DNA of 64,000 nucleotides, taken from positions 1 through 64,000 of the forward strand of contig CAVQUB010000020.1 in NCBI GenBank assembly GCA_963716725.1. Reading direction: 5' to 3'. This document shows, one piece after another, positions 40,867 through 49,516 of the stretch. Made by a program: the position numbers and the translations under genes. Positions within the stretch are counted from its first letter, which is position 1. Each line of letters begins with the position of its first letter. The notes under the pieces were generated by a model, which made no database searches, had not been told where the DNA came from, and saw only the letters and a list, made by a program, of their open reading frames with translations. Source of the DNA: an uncultured delta proteobacterium. Lineage in GTDB: Bacteria > Myxococcota_A > Polyangia > Polyangiales > Polyangiaceae.

Positions 40867-42199
40867 ATGATGAAACGAACAGTGAGCATGGGTGCGATCG
40901 CATGTGCGATCGCCATGGTGACGGCTTGTGGCGACGACGAGGCTGTCGGGCCAGGCACCGGCGGGTGCTCCGGCTCGGGGGCCAGCGGAGGATCAGCCGG
41001 CAGCGGCGGCTCGGCCGGCAGCGGCGGATCAGCCGGCAGCGGCGGCGGGACCGACGCGGGGACGGGTGGGAGCGGGGGCGACGCCGGACCACCGCCCGGG
41101 CGCCTGCTCGTCGCCGGGACCGACTTCTCCTCGAAGACGGAGGTCGCGACCGTCGATTTCGACGACCAACACGGTGACGGGCAGCGTCACGGTCAACGAT
41201 GGCGATGCGGTCCCGGCGCAGTCGAGCGGGCAAGGCTTCGTGCTGGAGCGGACCCACGCCAAGCTGCATCACCTGGACGCTAGCGGGAAGATCTCGAAGA
41301 CGATCGACGTCGGCAAGGCGGCGCTCGGACTCACCGGCGCCGGTTCCACGAACCCCGTCGGCGTGACGGCGACCAACGGCAAGGCGCTGGTGTTCTTGAA
41401 CGACGTGAACCGCGTCGCGGCGGTAGATCTGGCCGCGGGCACCGTGTCGAAGACCATCGACCTCGCCGCGTACATGGCTGGCTCCGACGCGGATCAGTCC
41501 GTGGACGCCACCAATCCGGTCCTGCGATCGGGGCGGGCGTACTTCCTTCTGGGCCGCGTCGATCGCACAACGGTGACCGCGCCGAACTACCAGCTGGCTT
41601 GCCCAGCGGTGCCGGCGCTCTTGATGGCCATCGATGTCGCCACCGAGAGCCTGGTAGATCTGAACGGCAGCGCCGCGGGCGAAGGCATCGAGCTTTCGCT
41701 GGCAAATCCGGTCGACGCGGCCATCGACATCGCGCAAGACCGACTGCTGGTGCTGAGCGCGGGTTGTCATGCGGCGGCCGACGGCGGCGCGGCGCGGCTG
41801 AAGCACGGCGTCGAGAGCGTCGACCTCAAATCCGGGGTGGCCACCACGCTCTACGCCGCACCGAACCAGGACTTCTTGTCTCGGCTGCTGGTGCGCTCGT
41901 CGAGTGCAGCCCTCGTGAACAGCTTCGACCCGAGCTACGCCGAGCACTGGTCCACGTGGTCGCTCTCACAGAACACTCTGGGCGCCGAGCTGAGCGGCGT
42001 ACCGACGGCGTCGAGCCTCGATGGGGAGGCTCACCTGCTCGGCGTCGATATCGCGACAGCCGACGCCGGAACCAGCGTCACCGTGGTGCGCTACGAGATT
42101 CGGGGCTCAAAGCAAGACCAACATCGTCAGTTCACCTTGGACCGGCAGCTTCACGTCGGCCGCGGGCACGGCTCTCGTGCGTTGAGTCCCTGGCGCTAG
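40867..42199 (+). CDS. Riboswitch-controlled lipoprotein, beta-propeller-like (YncE/BtuG-like); frameshifts near 41165 and 42100
   Basis: Lipobox VTA-C, GSGGSA linker, NPVGV, VAAVDLAAGTVSKTIDL, NPVDA blade-like repeats. The true stop is probably 42185. Confidence 0.7.
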
Positions 42200-43890
42200 C
42201 CTTCGGACACCGCTGCGACCTCACTCCACAGCCAGGCACGAGCTCGCGGTTCGCCTGCCGCGAGCTCGGCCAGATCGACGACGCTGCCGAGGCGAAGCGC
42301 TTGCGCTCCGCCTCGCACCAGCCGCGCCAGCGGGCCCGGGGGGCGGAAGTGCGCCGGCCCGATCACCATCGGTTCGAGCTTGGCCCCGACCGAGCCGATG
42401 CGCCGGCGCACATCGGCAAGCGCCAAGTCGAAGCCGCCGAGCTGATCGATCAGCCCGTGCGCGTGAGCATCGCGCCCGCTCCAAACCCGACCGCCCGCCA
42501 GCGGCTCAATCTGGTCGACCGAGCGACCCCGACCCCGCGCGACCACCTGCAAGAAGCTGGCGTAGACTTCGTCGAGCTGAGCTTCGAGCGCTGATCGTTC
42601 GTCAGTGGTCAGTCGACGGGAGGGGTTGGTCATGTCCGCTCGCTTCCCACGCTTCACGACCTCAATGGCCACCCCGAGCCGCGCCAGGAGCGACTCGGCC
42701 ACGAGTCGTGCCGCGACGACGCCGATGCTTCCGGTCACCGTAGTCGGCTGAGCCACGATAGTCGGCGCTCCCACCGCGATCAGGTAGCCACCGCTCGCGG
42801 CGACATCGCCCATGTACACCGCCACCGGTTTCTGCTTGGCCAGCAGGCTTAGCTCCCGGAGCATGCGATCGCTGGCGAGGGCGCTCCCGCCACGCGAGTT
42901 CACGACCACGACCACCCCGCTCACCCGCGAGTCCTCGCGGGCGCGCTCGAGCGTGCGGCAGACCGGGCCCTCGGCCGCGACGGGCATCAGCGAGAGGGGA
43001 GCCTCGGACACGATGGCGCCGACGACCTCCACCACGGCGACGGAGCGCGGACGCCGAAACGGGACGAATCGTGGGGTTCGGCGCCGTAGGTAGCCGGCGG
43101 CCGGGACCAGAGGGGCCCCCTTCGTCCGAGTCGCATCCAGGCGCCCCGCCAGCTCATCGGGGTAGATGACGTCGTCGACGAGCCCGGCGTCGAGGGCGGC
43201 GCGGGCCGACCACGGCGCCTGGTCGACGAGGGACTCCGCCGCCGCGCGGTCGATACCGCGTCCCGATGCGAGCGCGTCCAGCAACGCGCCATGGGCCACG
43301 TCCAGCACGGCTCCGAGCTGCTCCCGCTGGGCTTCGCTCATGCTCTTTCGTTCGAGAAACTCCCCGGCGGTCTTGAACTGCCCCTTGGCGAATACCTCGG
43401 GCTCGACACCGACTCGATCGAGCAACCCCTTGAGATAGGTCGCCTCGATGGCGAAGCCCGTCAGCTCGAGGTGCGTCTCCGCGCCGACCAGTACTCGGTC
43501 CGCCGCACTGGCCACGTAGACCGCCAGAGTGCCTCCTCCGTGCGGCAAGTACACCGCGACCTGTTTGCCGGCTGCGCGAAACGCCAGCAGCACGTCGCGG
43601 AGCGAGGTCGCGCGAGCCGTGCCCACCCGCAGAGACTCGATGCGGACGAGAACCCCCGCGACGCGCGGGTCGGAGCCGGCTGCCTCGAGCAACTTGCGCA
43701 GAGCGTGCAGCGCTACGGGCTGACGGCCGCGTTGCCAGAAGGGAAGGGCGCGTGCGACCTCGACCAGCGCCCCGTCGATTCGTAGGTCGAGGAAGGCGCC
43801 CCGTGGCGCGGCGGTCCGGCGACGCAGCCAGCGAAGTGGCGTGAGTATCAACAGGAGCAGGTTGACGACGAAGGCGAAAGGGAAGCGCAC
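42196..43890 (-). CDS. sppA: Signal peptide peptidase SppA (long form)
   Basis: YVASAAD, GQFKTAGE, VNSRGGSALASD, MGDVAASGGY, TVTGSIGV, GRVWSG. Confidence 0.93.
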   Translation of the reverse strand: MRFPFAFVVNLLLLILTPLRWLRRRTAAPRGAFLDLRIDGALVEVARALPFWQRGRQPVALHALRKLLEAAGSDPRVAGVLVRIESLRVGTARATSLRDVLLAFRAAGKQVAVYLPHGGGTLAVYVASAADRVLVGAETHLELTGFAIEATYLKGLLDRVGVEPEVFAKGQFKTAGEFLERKSMSEAQREQLGAVLDVAHGALLDALASGRGIDRAAAESLVDQAPWSARAALDAGLVDDVIYPDELAGRLDATRTKGAPLVPAAGYLRRRTPRFVPFRRPRSVAVVEVVGAIVSEAPLSLMPVAAEGPVCRTLERAREDSRVSGVVVVVNSRGGSALASDRMLRELSLLAKQKPVAVYMGDVAASGGYLIAVGAPTIVAQPTTVTGSIGVVAARLVAESLLARLGVAIEVVKRGKRADMTNPSRRLTTDERSALEAQLDEVYASFLQVVARGRGRSVDQIEPLAGGRVWSGRDAHAHGLIDQLGGFDLALADVRRRIGSVGAKLEPMVIGPAHFRPPGPLARLVRGGAQALRLGSVVDLAELAAGEPRARAWLWSEVAAVSEG

Positions 43891-43949
43891 CGGGACGATC
43901 TTTACGCGATGCGGCGTGCGCGTCGATGCTCCCGCGCTAACCTAGTGGT

Positions 43950-44150
43950 ATGCCTCGGTCAGCCCTAAGCATCGCTCTCGCTGGCGCGCTGGCTTGGGGC
44001 TGCGCCGCCGCCCCTCCCCCGGCCATCCAGCCGCCCCCGCCCGCCGAACCCCGGACCCGGGTCGATCACCCCGGCCAGCGCGAGGAACAACCCGAGCTCA
44101 TCGCGCCGCCGCCCGCGTATGGCAACAAGGTCGTCCTGGCCTGCCGCTGA
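43950..44150 (+). CDS. Small Pro-rich lipoprotein
   Basis: Lipobox AWG-C; PPPAYGNKVV tail; TAACCT box 6 nt before the ATG. Confidence 0.6.
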   Translation: MPRSALSIALAGALAWGCAAAPPPAIQPPPPAEPRTRVDHPGQREEQPELIAPPPAYGNKVVLACR

Positions 44151-44189
44151 TCGGCTGCAACCGCCTCGTTCCTGGGTATAATGCAGGGC

Positions 44190-46022
44190 ATGTTCCCGGC
44201 CGGCGGACCCGAGCACGAAGTACGCGCCGGCACGCGTCTGGGTCGCTACGAGATTCTGGTGCCCGTCGCGCAGGGCGGCATGGCACGCGTGTGGGCGGCC
44301 AAGCAGCACGGGCAGCGCGGCTTCAGCAAGCTGGTCGCGATCAAGACCATCTTGCCGCAGCTCGCCAAGGACCCCGCGTTCGAGTCGATGTTCCTCGACG
44401 AAGCTCACCTGTCGGCGGGTGTGCACCACCCGAATGTTTGCGAGATCTTCGATCTCGGCGAAGAACAGGGGACGCTCTACATCGCCATGGAGTGGGTGAA
44501 CGGCGACGCGCTCAATCGCATCGTCAAGCCACCCGTGCCCAAGGGAGAGAAGAGCGTCTCCCAGCGTCTGAACGGCCGCATCGCCGCGCGGATCGTGGCC
44601 GACGCGGCGAAGGGCTTGCACGCTGCCCACGAGCTTCGCAACGACGGCGGTGAGCTGGTCGGCCTCGTGCATCGCGACGTCTCGCCGCAGAACATCTTGC
44701 TGTCCCTCGACGGAGTGGTGAAAGTCACCGACTTTGGCGTCGCCAAAGCCTTCAACAGCCAGCAAGAGGCGACCCTCGCCGGACAGGTGAAGGGCAAGGT
44801 CGCGTACATGTCGCCGGAACAGGCTCGAGGCGCCGTCGTCGACCGGCGCAGCGACGTGTTCGCGCTGGGTATCGTGCTCTACGAAGTCACGACCGCGCTC
44901 CGACCATTCTCGGGCGTGAACGAGCTCGAGGTGATGCAGTCGCTGGCCCACGGGCATTTCGACCCGCCGAGCGCCGTCGTCGCGGGGTTCCCCAAGGAGC
45001 TGGAGAGCATCATCTTGACGGCCATGAGCATGGACCCGGCACAGCGCTACCCGAGCGCCGACGCCATGCGACTGGCCCTCGAGGAGTGGCTCACGCGCTC
45101 GGGTCCGGTGCTCGCCGAGGCGCAAATCGCCGAGATCGTGAGGGAGCGAGTGGGCCACCGCATCGAGGAGCGGTTCGCGAAGATCCGCGAGCGAACTCGG
45201 ATCGCCTCCCCCGACGCCTCGTCGGTGCCACTCAGCTCGATGCCGCACACCTCCGCACCGTTCCCCCCCCCACCTCCGCTTCAAGAGAGCTCGAGCTCGT
45301 TTGCGCAGGCGCCGAGCGGGGTGAGCACCGTCAGTCATACCTCCGCGCCCAGCGCAGTGAGCACCGTCAGTCATACCTCCGCGCCCAGCGCCATCAGCCA
45401 TTTTGCGCCCGTGGTCCAGACCTCGGCGCCGCCACCCAGCAGGGTCGGGCGCAGCTCGGGCGCCGGCGCAGCAAAAACCGCGCTCGTGGGCGTAGCGGTC
45501 GGCGTTGGTGTGTTCTCGATGCTGGTGGTGGGCGGCGGCGGCCTGTACGTCATGCGCTCGAAGTCGAGCGCCGCTCGCGCCAACGCGACGGTCACGACTC
45601 CCGCGACGCAGACCGCGGTCGAGGCACCGCCGCCGCGTGACGTGCGCGTCGAGCTCGTCTCGCCGAAGTCGGGCGTGACACTGCTCGTCGATGGAGTGGT
45701 GCAACCCGTGGGACAGCTCACGCTGCCGCGTCCCACTCCCGGTGCAGGGCGCAAGCTCACTGCTCGGGCCGAAGGCTTCAAAGACGCAGAGCTCGCCTTC
45801 GACGACAAGACCGAGAAACTCGAGATTTCCCTGGTGCCTGCGGCTCCGGACGAGGACGAACCCCCGCCCGCTGCCCAGCCGGCGGCGAGCGAGAGCCCGG
45901 CGACCGAGCCAAAACCCACGGGTGCCGCGCCCGAGAAGAAACCGGAAACGAAACCGGAAGCGTCTGGCCCGGCAAAGCCCAAGGGCCCGACCAAGATCGA
46001 CATCCCCGACAACCCGTTTTGA
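44190..46022 (+). CDS. Membrane Ser/Thr kinase with extracytoplasmic PEGA-like domain
   Basis: GGMARVW, VAIK, HRDVSPQN, DFG, GKVAYMSPEQ; TM segment; LLVDG...RAEGF; DNPF tail. TATAAT 7 nt before ATG 44190. Confidence 0.93.
   Translation: MFPAGGPEHEVRAGTRLGRYEILVPVAQGGMARVWAAKQHGQRGFSKLVAIKTILPQLAKDPAFESMFLDEAHLSAGVHHPNVCEIFDLGEEQGTLYIAMEWVNGDALNRIVKPPVPKGEKSVSQRLNGRIAARIVADAAKGLHAAHELRNDGGELVGLVHRDVSPQNILLSLDGVVKVTDFGVAKAFNSQQEATLAGQVKGKVAYMSPEQARGAVVDRRSDVFALGIVLYEVTTALRPFSGVNELEVMQSLAHGHFDPPSAVVAGFPKELESIILTAMSMDPAQRYPSADAMRLALEEWLTRSGPVLAEAQIAEIVRERVGHRIEERFAKIRERTRIASPDASSVPLSSMPHTSAPFPPPPPLQESSSSFAQAPSGVSTVSHTSAPSAVSTVSHTSAPSAISHFAPVVQTSAPPPSRVGRSSGAGAAKTALVGVAVGVGVFSMLVVGGGGLYVMRSKSSAARANATVTTPATQTAVEAPPPRDVRVELVSPKSGVTLLVDGVVQPVGQLTLPRPTPGAGRKLTARAEGFKDAELAFDDKTEKLEISLVPAAPDEDEPPPAAQPAASESPATEPKPTGAAPEKKPETKPEASGPAKPKGPTKIDIPDNPF
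45321..45392 (+). repeat. 36-bp tandem duplication in the kinase linker
   Basis: GTGAGCACCGTCAGTCATACCTCCGCGCCCAGCGC(A/C) x2. Confidence 0.9.
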
Positions 46023-46069
46023 GCCGCATGGGTGGTCGCGCGCTGCCGCGACCGTGTACACTCGTGCCG

Positions 46070-47020
46070 ATGCGCATCACGGCTCGATTCGCCGCCGTCG
46101 TCGCCGCGCTCTGCCTGCTCTCGGCGAGCGGCACGACTCAGGCCGAAGACGACGAGCAAACCGCAGAGGCCCGCCGCCTGTACGGCGAGGCCAAGAAGCT
46201 CATGGGCGCCAAGCAGTATCGGGAGGCCGCTGTGGCGTTCGAGGCCGCGGGCCGCCTGAAGACCAACGCCGTGGCCTACTACACCGCCGCGCAGGCTTGG
46301 GAGCTGGCCGCTGACGCCGCGCGCGCCGCCGACGCCTATGCGCTCGCGCTCGCGACCCCGAAGCTGAACGACGCACAGAGCAGCAAGTCGGAGGAGCGCC
46401 TGACCGAGCTCGAGAAGCAGGTCGGTTCGGTCAAAGTCAAAGGAGCGCAGGGCACGCGCGTCCGTATCGACGATCACATGGAACTCGGTGCACCTGCGAC
46501 GCTTCACGCTGGAGCCGGAGAGCACACGCTGGTCATCACGCGAGCGGACGGCTCGAGCGAGACTCGGAAGCTCGCGTTCGAGGCGGGCAAGTCCATCGAG
46601 GTCGACACCGGAGCGGAACCCGAGCTCCAGCCCGAGACCAAGAAAGTGAAGCGGGTCACGCTCTCCGAGACGCGCAAGGCCCCGGTCGACGAGCCGTCGA
46701 CGGGCCCCAGCCCTTGGAAGACCGTCGGTTTCATCGGCATCGGGGCAGGCGTGGCCGCGCTCGGCGGCGCGCTCGTGCTCGGCCTGTCGGCAAAGGACGC
46801 CGAAGACACTTACAAGAAACGGCCCACCCGCGAGACCTTGGACCACGCCAAGGGCCTGGAGTCCTCCACCAACATCATGTTGGTCGTCGGCGGGGTAATC
46901 ACGGCGGTCGGGGTCACGTTGGTGGTGTGGCCAGCGAAAAAGCAGCACAAGCCGTCCGCCGATACTGCCCTGAGCTTGCACCTCACGCCGACGGGCGTGA
47001 GCGCGGGGGCACGGTTCTGA
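46070..47020 (+). CDS. TPR + PEGA domain exported protein
   Basis: Signal peptide; ARRLYGEA...YREAAVAFEAA TPR; VRIDD...GEHTLVI PEGA; C-terminal hydrophobic helices and GARF end. Confidence 0.82.
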   Translation: MRITARFAAVVAALCLLSASGTTQAEDDEQTAEARRLYGEAKKLMGAKQYREAAVAFEAAGRLKTNAVAYYTAAQAWELAADAARAADAYALALATPKLNDAQSSKSEERLTELEKQVGSVKVKGAQGTRVRIDDHMELGAPATLHAGAGEHTLVITRADGSSETRKLAFEAGKSIEVDTGAEPELQPETKKVKRVTLSETRKAPVDEPSTGPSPWKTVGFIGIGAGVAALGGALVLGLSAKDAEDTYKKRPTRETLDHAKGLESSTNIMLVVGGVITAVGVTLVVWPAKKQHKPSADTALSLHLTPTGVSAGARF

Positions 47021-48487
47021 TGCGCAGGCTCTGGATTGCGGGCGGCGTGGCGCTGGTCGGTGCGGCGGCGGCAGCCGCGTGCAGTCTCGATCTCGACGAG
47101 AGCCTGATCGACGCGGGTGACGCCAGCACGGACGGCGCTGCGGGATCCGGCGGCAGCGGTGGCAGCGGTGGCAGCGGTGGCAGCGGTGGTGACAGCGGCG
47201 GGACTGGTGGACAGGGGGACGGTGGACCGTGCGACGCCAATGATCAGTGCACGACGGATGCTGCGTGCCTCGAAGGACTGTGCGCCGGCGGGCAGTGCCT
47301 GTTCGCCATATGCCCAAGCACCGAAGCCTGCAAGGGCCGGAGTTGCGAGCCTGCTTCGGGTGTCTGCAGCGAGGCCAAGCCCTATGGCTTCAAGGCTGCC
47401 AGCATCGAGCTCAATGACGACGTCGGTTGCGGAGGCAATGCTTCGCGTTGCGTCGCCGCCTTCGGCGATCTCGTCTTCGTGTCCACCGCGGACGGCACGC
47501 TGCACGCCTGGAGAACCAGGAACGCCGCCGAACCGGACAAACTCACGGTCGAGTCCCCCACCTTCACCGTGGCACGCATGGTCGCGAGCGAAAACCGCCT
47601 GCTGCTGCTGTCTGCAGTGGCGTCCGGCAAGCTCCAGATCGCGTGGCTGGATGCGCCCACGGACCCCGAAATCCACGAAGCTGACGCTGACTTCGGTCGG
47701 CGTGAACTTCGCCGGCGCGACCAGCGCGGTCCACCCCCGGAGTCCAGGCTCGTTCTTCATCGTGGAGGCCAACCCCGCGGCGTTCTACCCCGCCGCCATC
47801 GTCAATCCCCCGGTGCAGAACAACAGCACGGTGTCCGCGTACCCGTCGACGGGCCTGGCCGCCGGCGCTTCCATCGTGGCCGCATCAGCCGACCGCTTGG
47901 TCAGCTTCCGCGTCGATGTGAGCGCCAATCCGGTGGTACCCACCTTCACTCTGGTGGACAAGCCCGGCACCCAGAACGCCCAGAACGGCGCCGAGCAGCC
48001 CCTCGCCTTCGAAGCCCCGCCCAGCATGTCCGCTCACCATTTCGCGAGCAACTTCGACGGCACTGTGCTCTGGAGCACCAATCGCGTGTTCCGAGACGGC
48101 ACGAATACGCCGCTCACCAAGGCTGTCGTGCTGCGGTGGCTGCTCGAGCCCGCGGCTACCAGCGTCAGTGGCAGCATGGACATCGACCTCGCCACCTACC
48201 CCGACGCGGACTGGGGCACGGTCCGGAGAGGCCCCATCGCGTTGATCGATTCGAGCACCGCGCTGACGACCGTTGCCAACAGTGCCGACCCACAGCAGAC
48301 CCTGGTGCGTGCCGTGCTGAAGAGCGGAACTTCGCTGACGCTGGGTACCGCCACTGCGGTCGTGCCCTTCACGGTGGGGCAGATCGGCGTGGCAGCCAAC
48401 CGCAAGGTCGGGGTCGTGCTCACCCCTGCCAACACTACGCTCTCGCTCCAGACCACCCTGCACGTGTTCGCGCCGGGCTGCGGCTGA
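47020..48487 (+). CDS. Cys-rich lipoprotein (frameshift near 47670)
   Basis: Lipobox AAA-C, GGS repeats, CDANDQC Cys-rich region, beta-rich C-terminal domain; TGATG overlap with the upstream gene. Confidence 0.72.
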
Positions 48488-48490
48488 CGC

Positions 48491-49516
48491 TCACTGCACC
48501 AAGATCTGCTGGCGCGCCCAGGCCGAGCCGCCGCGATTGTCGTGAACGACCGCCCAGACGGTCATCGGCCCCGGCTTCTTGGGCGCAAACAGCTTGGTGC
48601 CGTAGTCGCCGTTCCAGCCCGTCTTCGCGTCGTTGAGCAGGCGCAGGTCGCTCTTCACGCCGCCTCGGTCGACGTAGTAACGAATCCACATCTGCTCTTC
48701 GTAGTTCTTGCCGTATGCGTCGACGGAGATTTGATCCACCTCCGCGCTGGCCGGATCGACGATGGGGCCGATGGAGATCTCCGGGCAATCTTCGGTGCCG
48801 TCATCCGGGCACGCCGCGACGCAAGGAACGCTGTCGCAACTCAGCGCGTCGAGCAGCGGTGTGTCGACGCACGCGCCGTCGACGCAGCTTCCCTTTGCCT
48901 CCTGACCGTTGACTCGGAAACCCGAGACGATGGCGTTTTGGTTGCGATATCCGTCGTAGGCGTAGACGGCGGAGAAGCCCGCCACGAAGTCCTCGGCGCC
49001 GAGCAGCTCGTCATCGGATCCGTAGCAGGCGACGGGAAACCCAACTTCGTCGCTCTCCGGCGGTGGACCGAGCTGTCCCGCGCAGGCCGCGAAGAAGACG
49101 AACGAGAGGCCGTAGGCGGGTTGCTTGGGATTCGGCGGAGGCGGACGGCTCGAGATGACGTCCGCGGGCATGGTGAAGCTGAAGCGATTGCCTACGCCAA
49201 AGTCGAATCCCGGGGGACCGCCGGGACCGGGCGGACCCGCCGTTGCAAACTCGACGAAGCACCCGGCGTAGAGATCACCCGGAGGGTTGAAGCAGCCGGA
49301 GAACCAACCGATCTGCACTGGCCGCGGCGCCTGCGTGGAGCCGTCGTGCCAGAGCATCTGAAGTTCGACCTGCTCGCCGGGCTTGGCGTAGGGCGCGCTC
49401 TTCTGCACGCCCAGGACCCGCAAGGTCTTGAGCTCCGACGGTGGGTCGAATTCGGCTCCGCACCCGGCTGCGGACGCGAGGACCAGGGCGATGACGGCGA
49501 ACTCGCGGGGTCTCAA
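48491..49516 (-). CDS. Lipoprotein associated with the TonB-dependent receptor
   Basis: Lipobox AAG-C; FDPPSELKTLRVLGV...WAVVHDNRGGSAW; overlaps the receptor stop. Confidence 0.8.
   Translation of the reverse strand: MRPREFAVIALVLASAAGCGAEFDPPSELKTLRVLGVQKSAPYAKPGEQVELQMLWHDGSTQAPRPVQIGWFSGCFNPPGDLYAGCFVEFATAGPPGPGGPPGFDFGVGNRFSFTMPADVISSRPPPPNPKQPAYGLSFVFFAACAGQLGPPPESDEVGFPVACYGSDDELLGAEDFVAGFSAVYAYDGYRNQNAIVSGFRVNGQEAKGSCVDGACVDTPLLDALSCDSVPCVAACPDDGTEDCPEISIGPIVDPASAEVDQISVDAYGKNYEEQMWIRYYVDRGGVKSDLRLLNDAKTGWNGDYGTKLFAPKKPGPMTVWAVVHDNRGGSAWARQQILVQ

Noticed and set aside
47152..47187. GGCAGCGGT x4, and similar Gly-Ser linker repeats near 15180-15280 and 40985-41046
   Set aside because: Ordinary low-complexity linkers after lipoprotein signal peptides.
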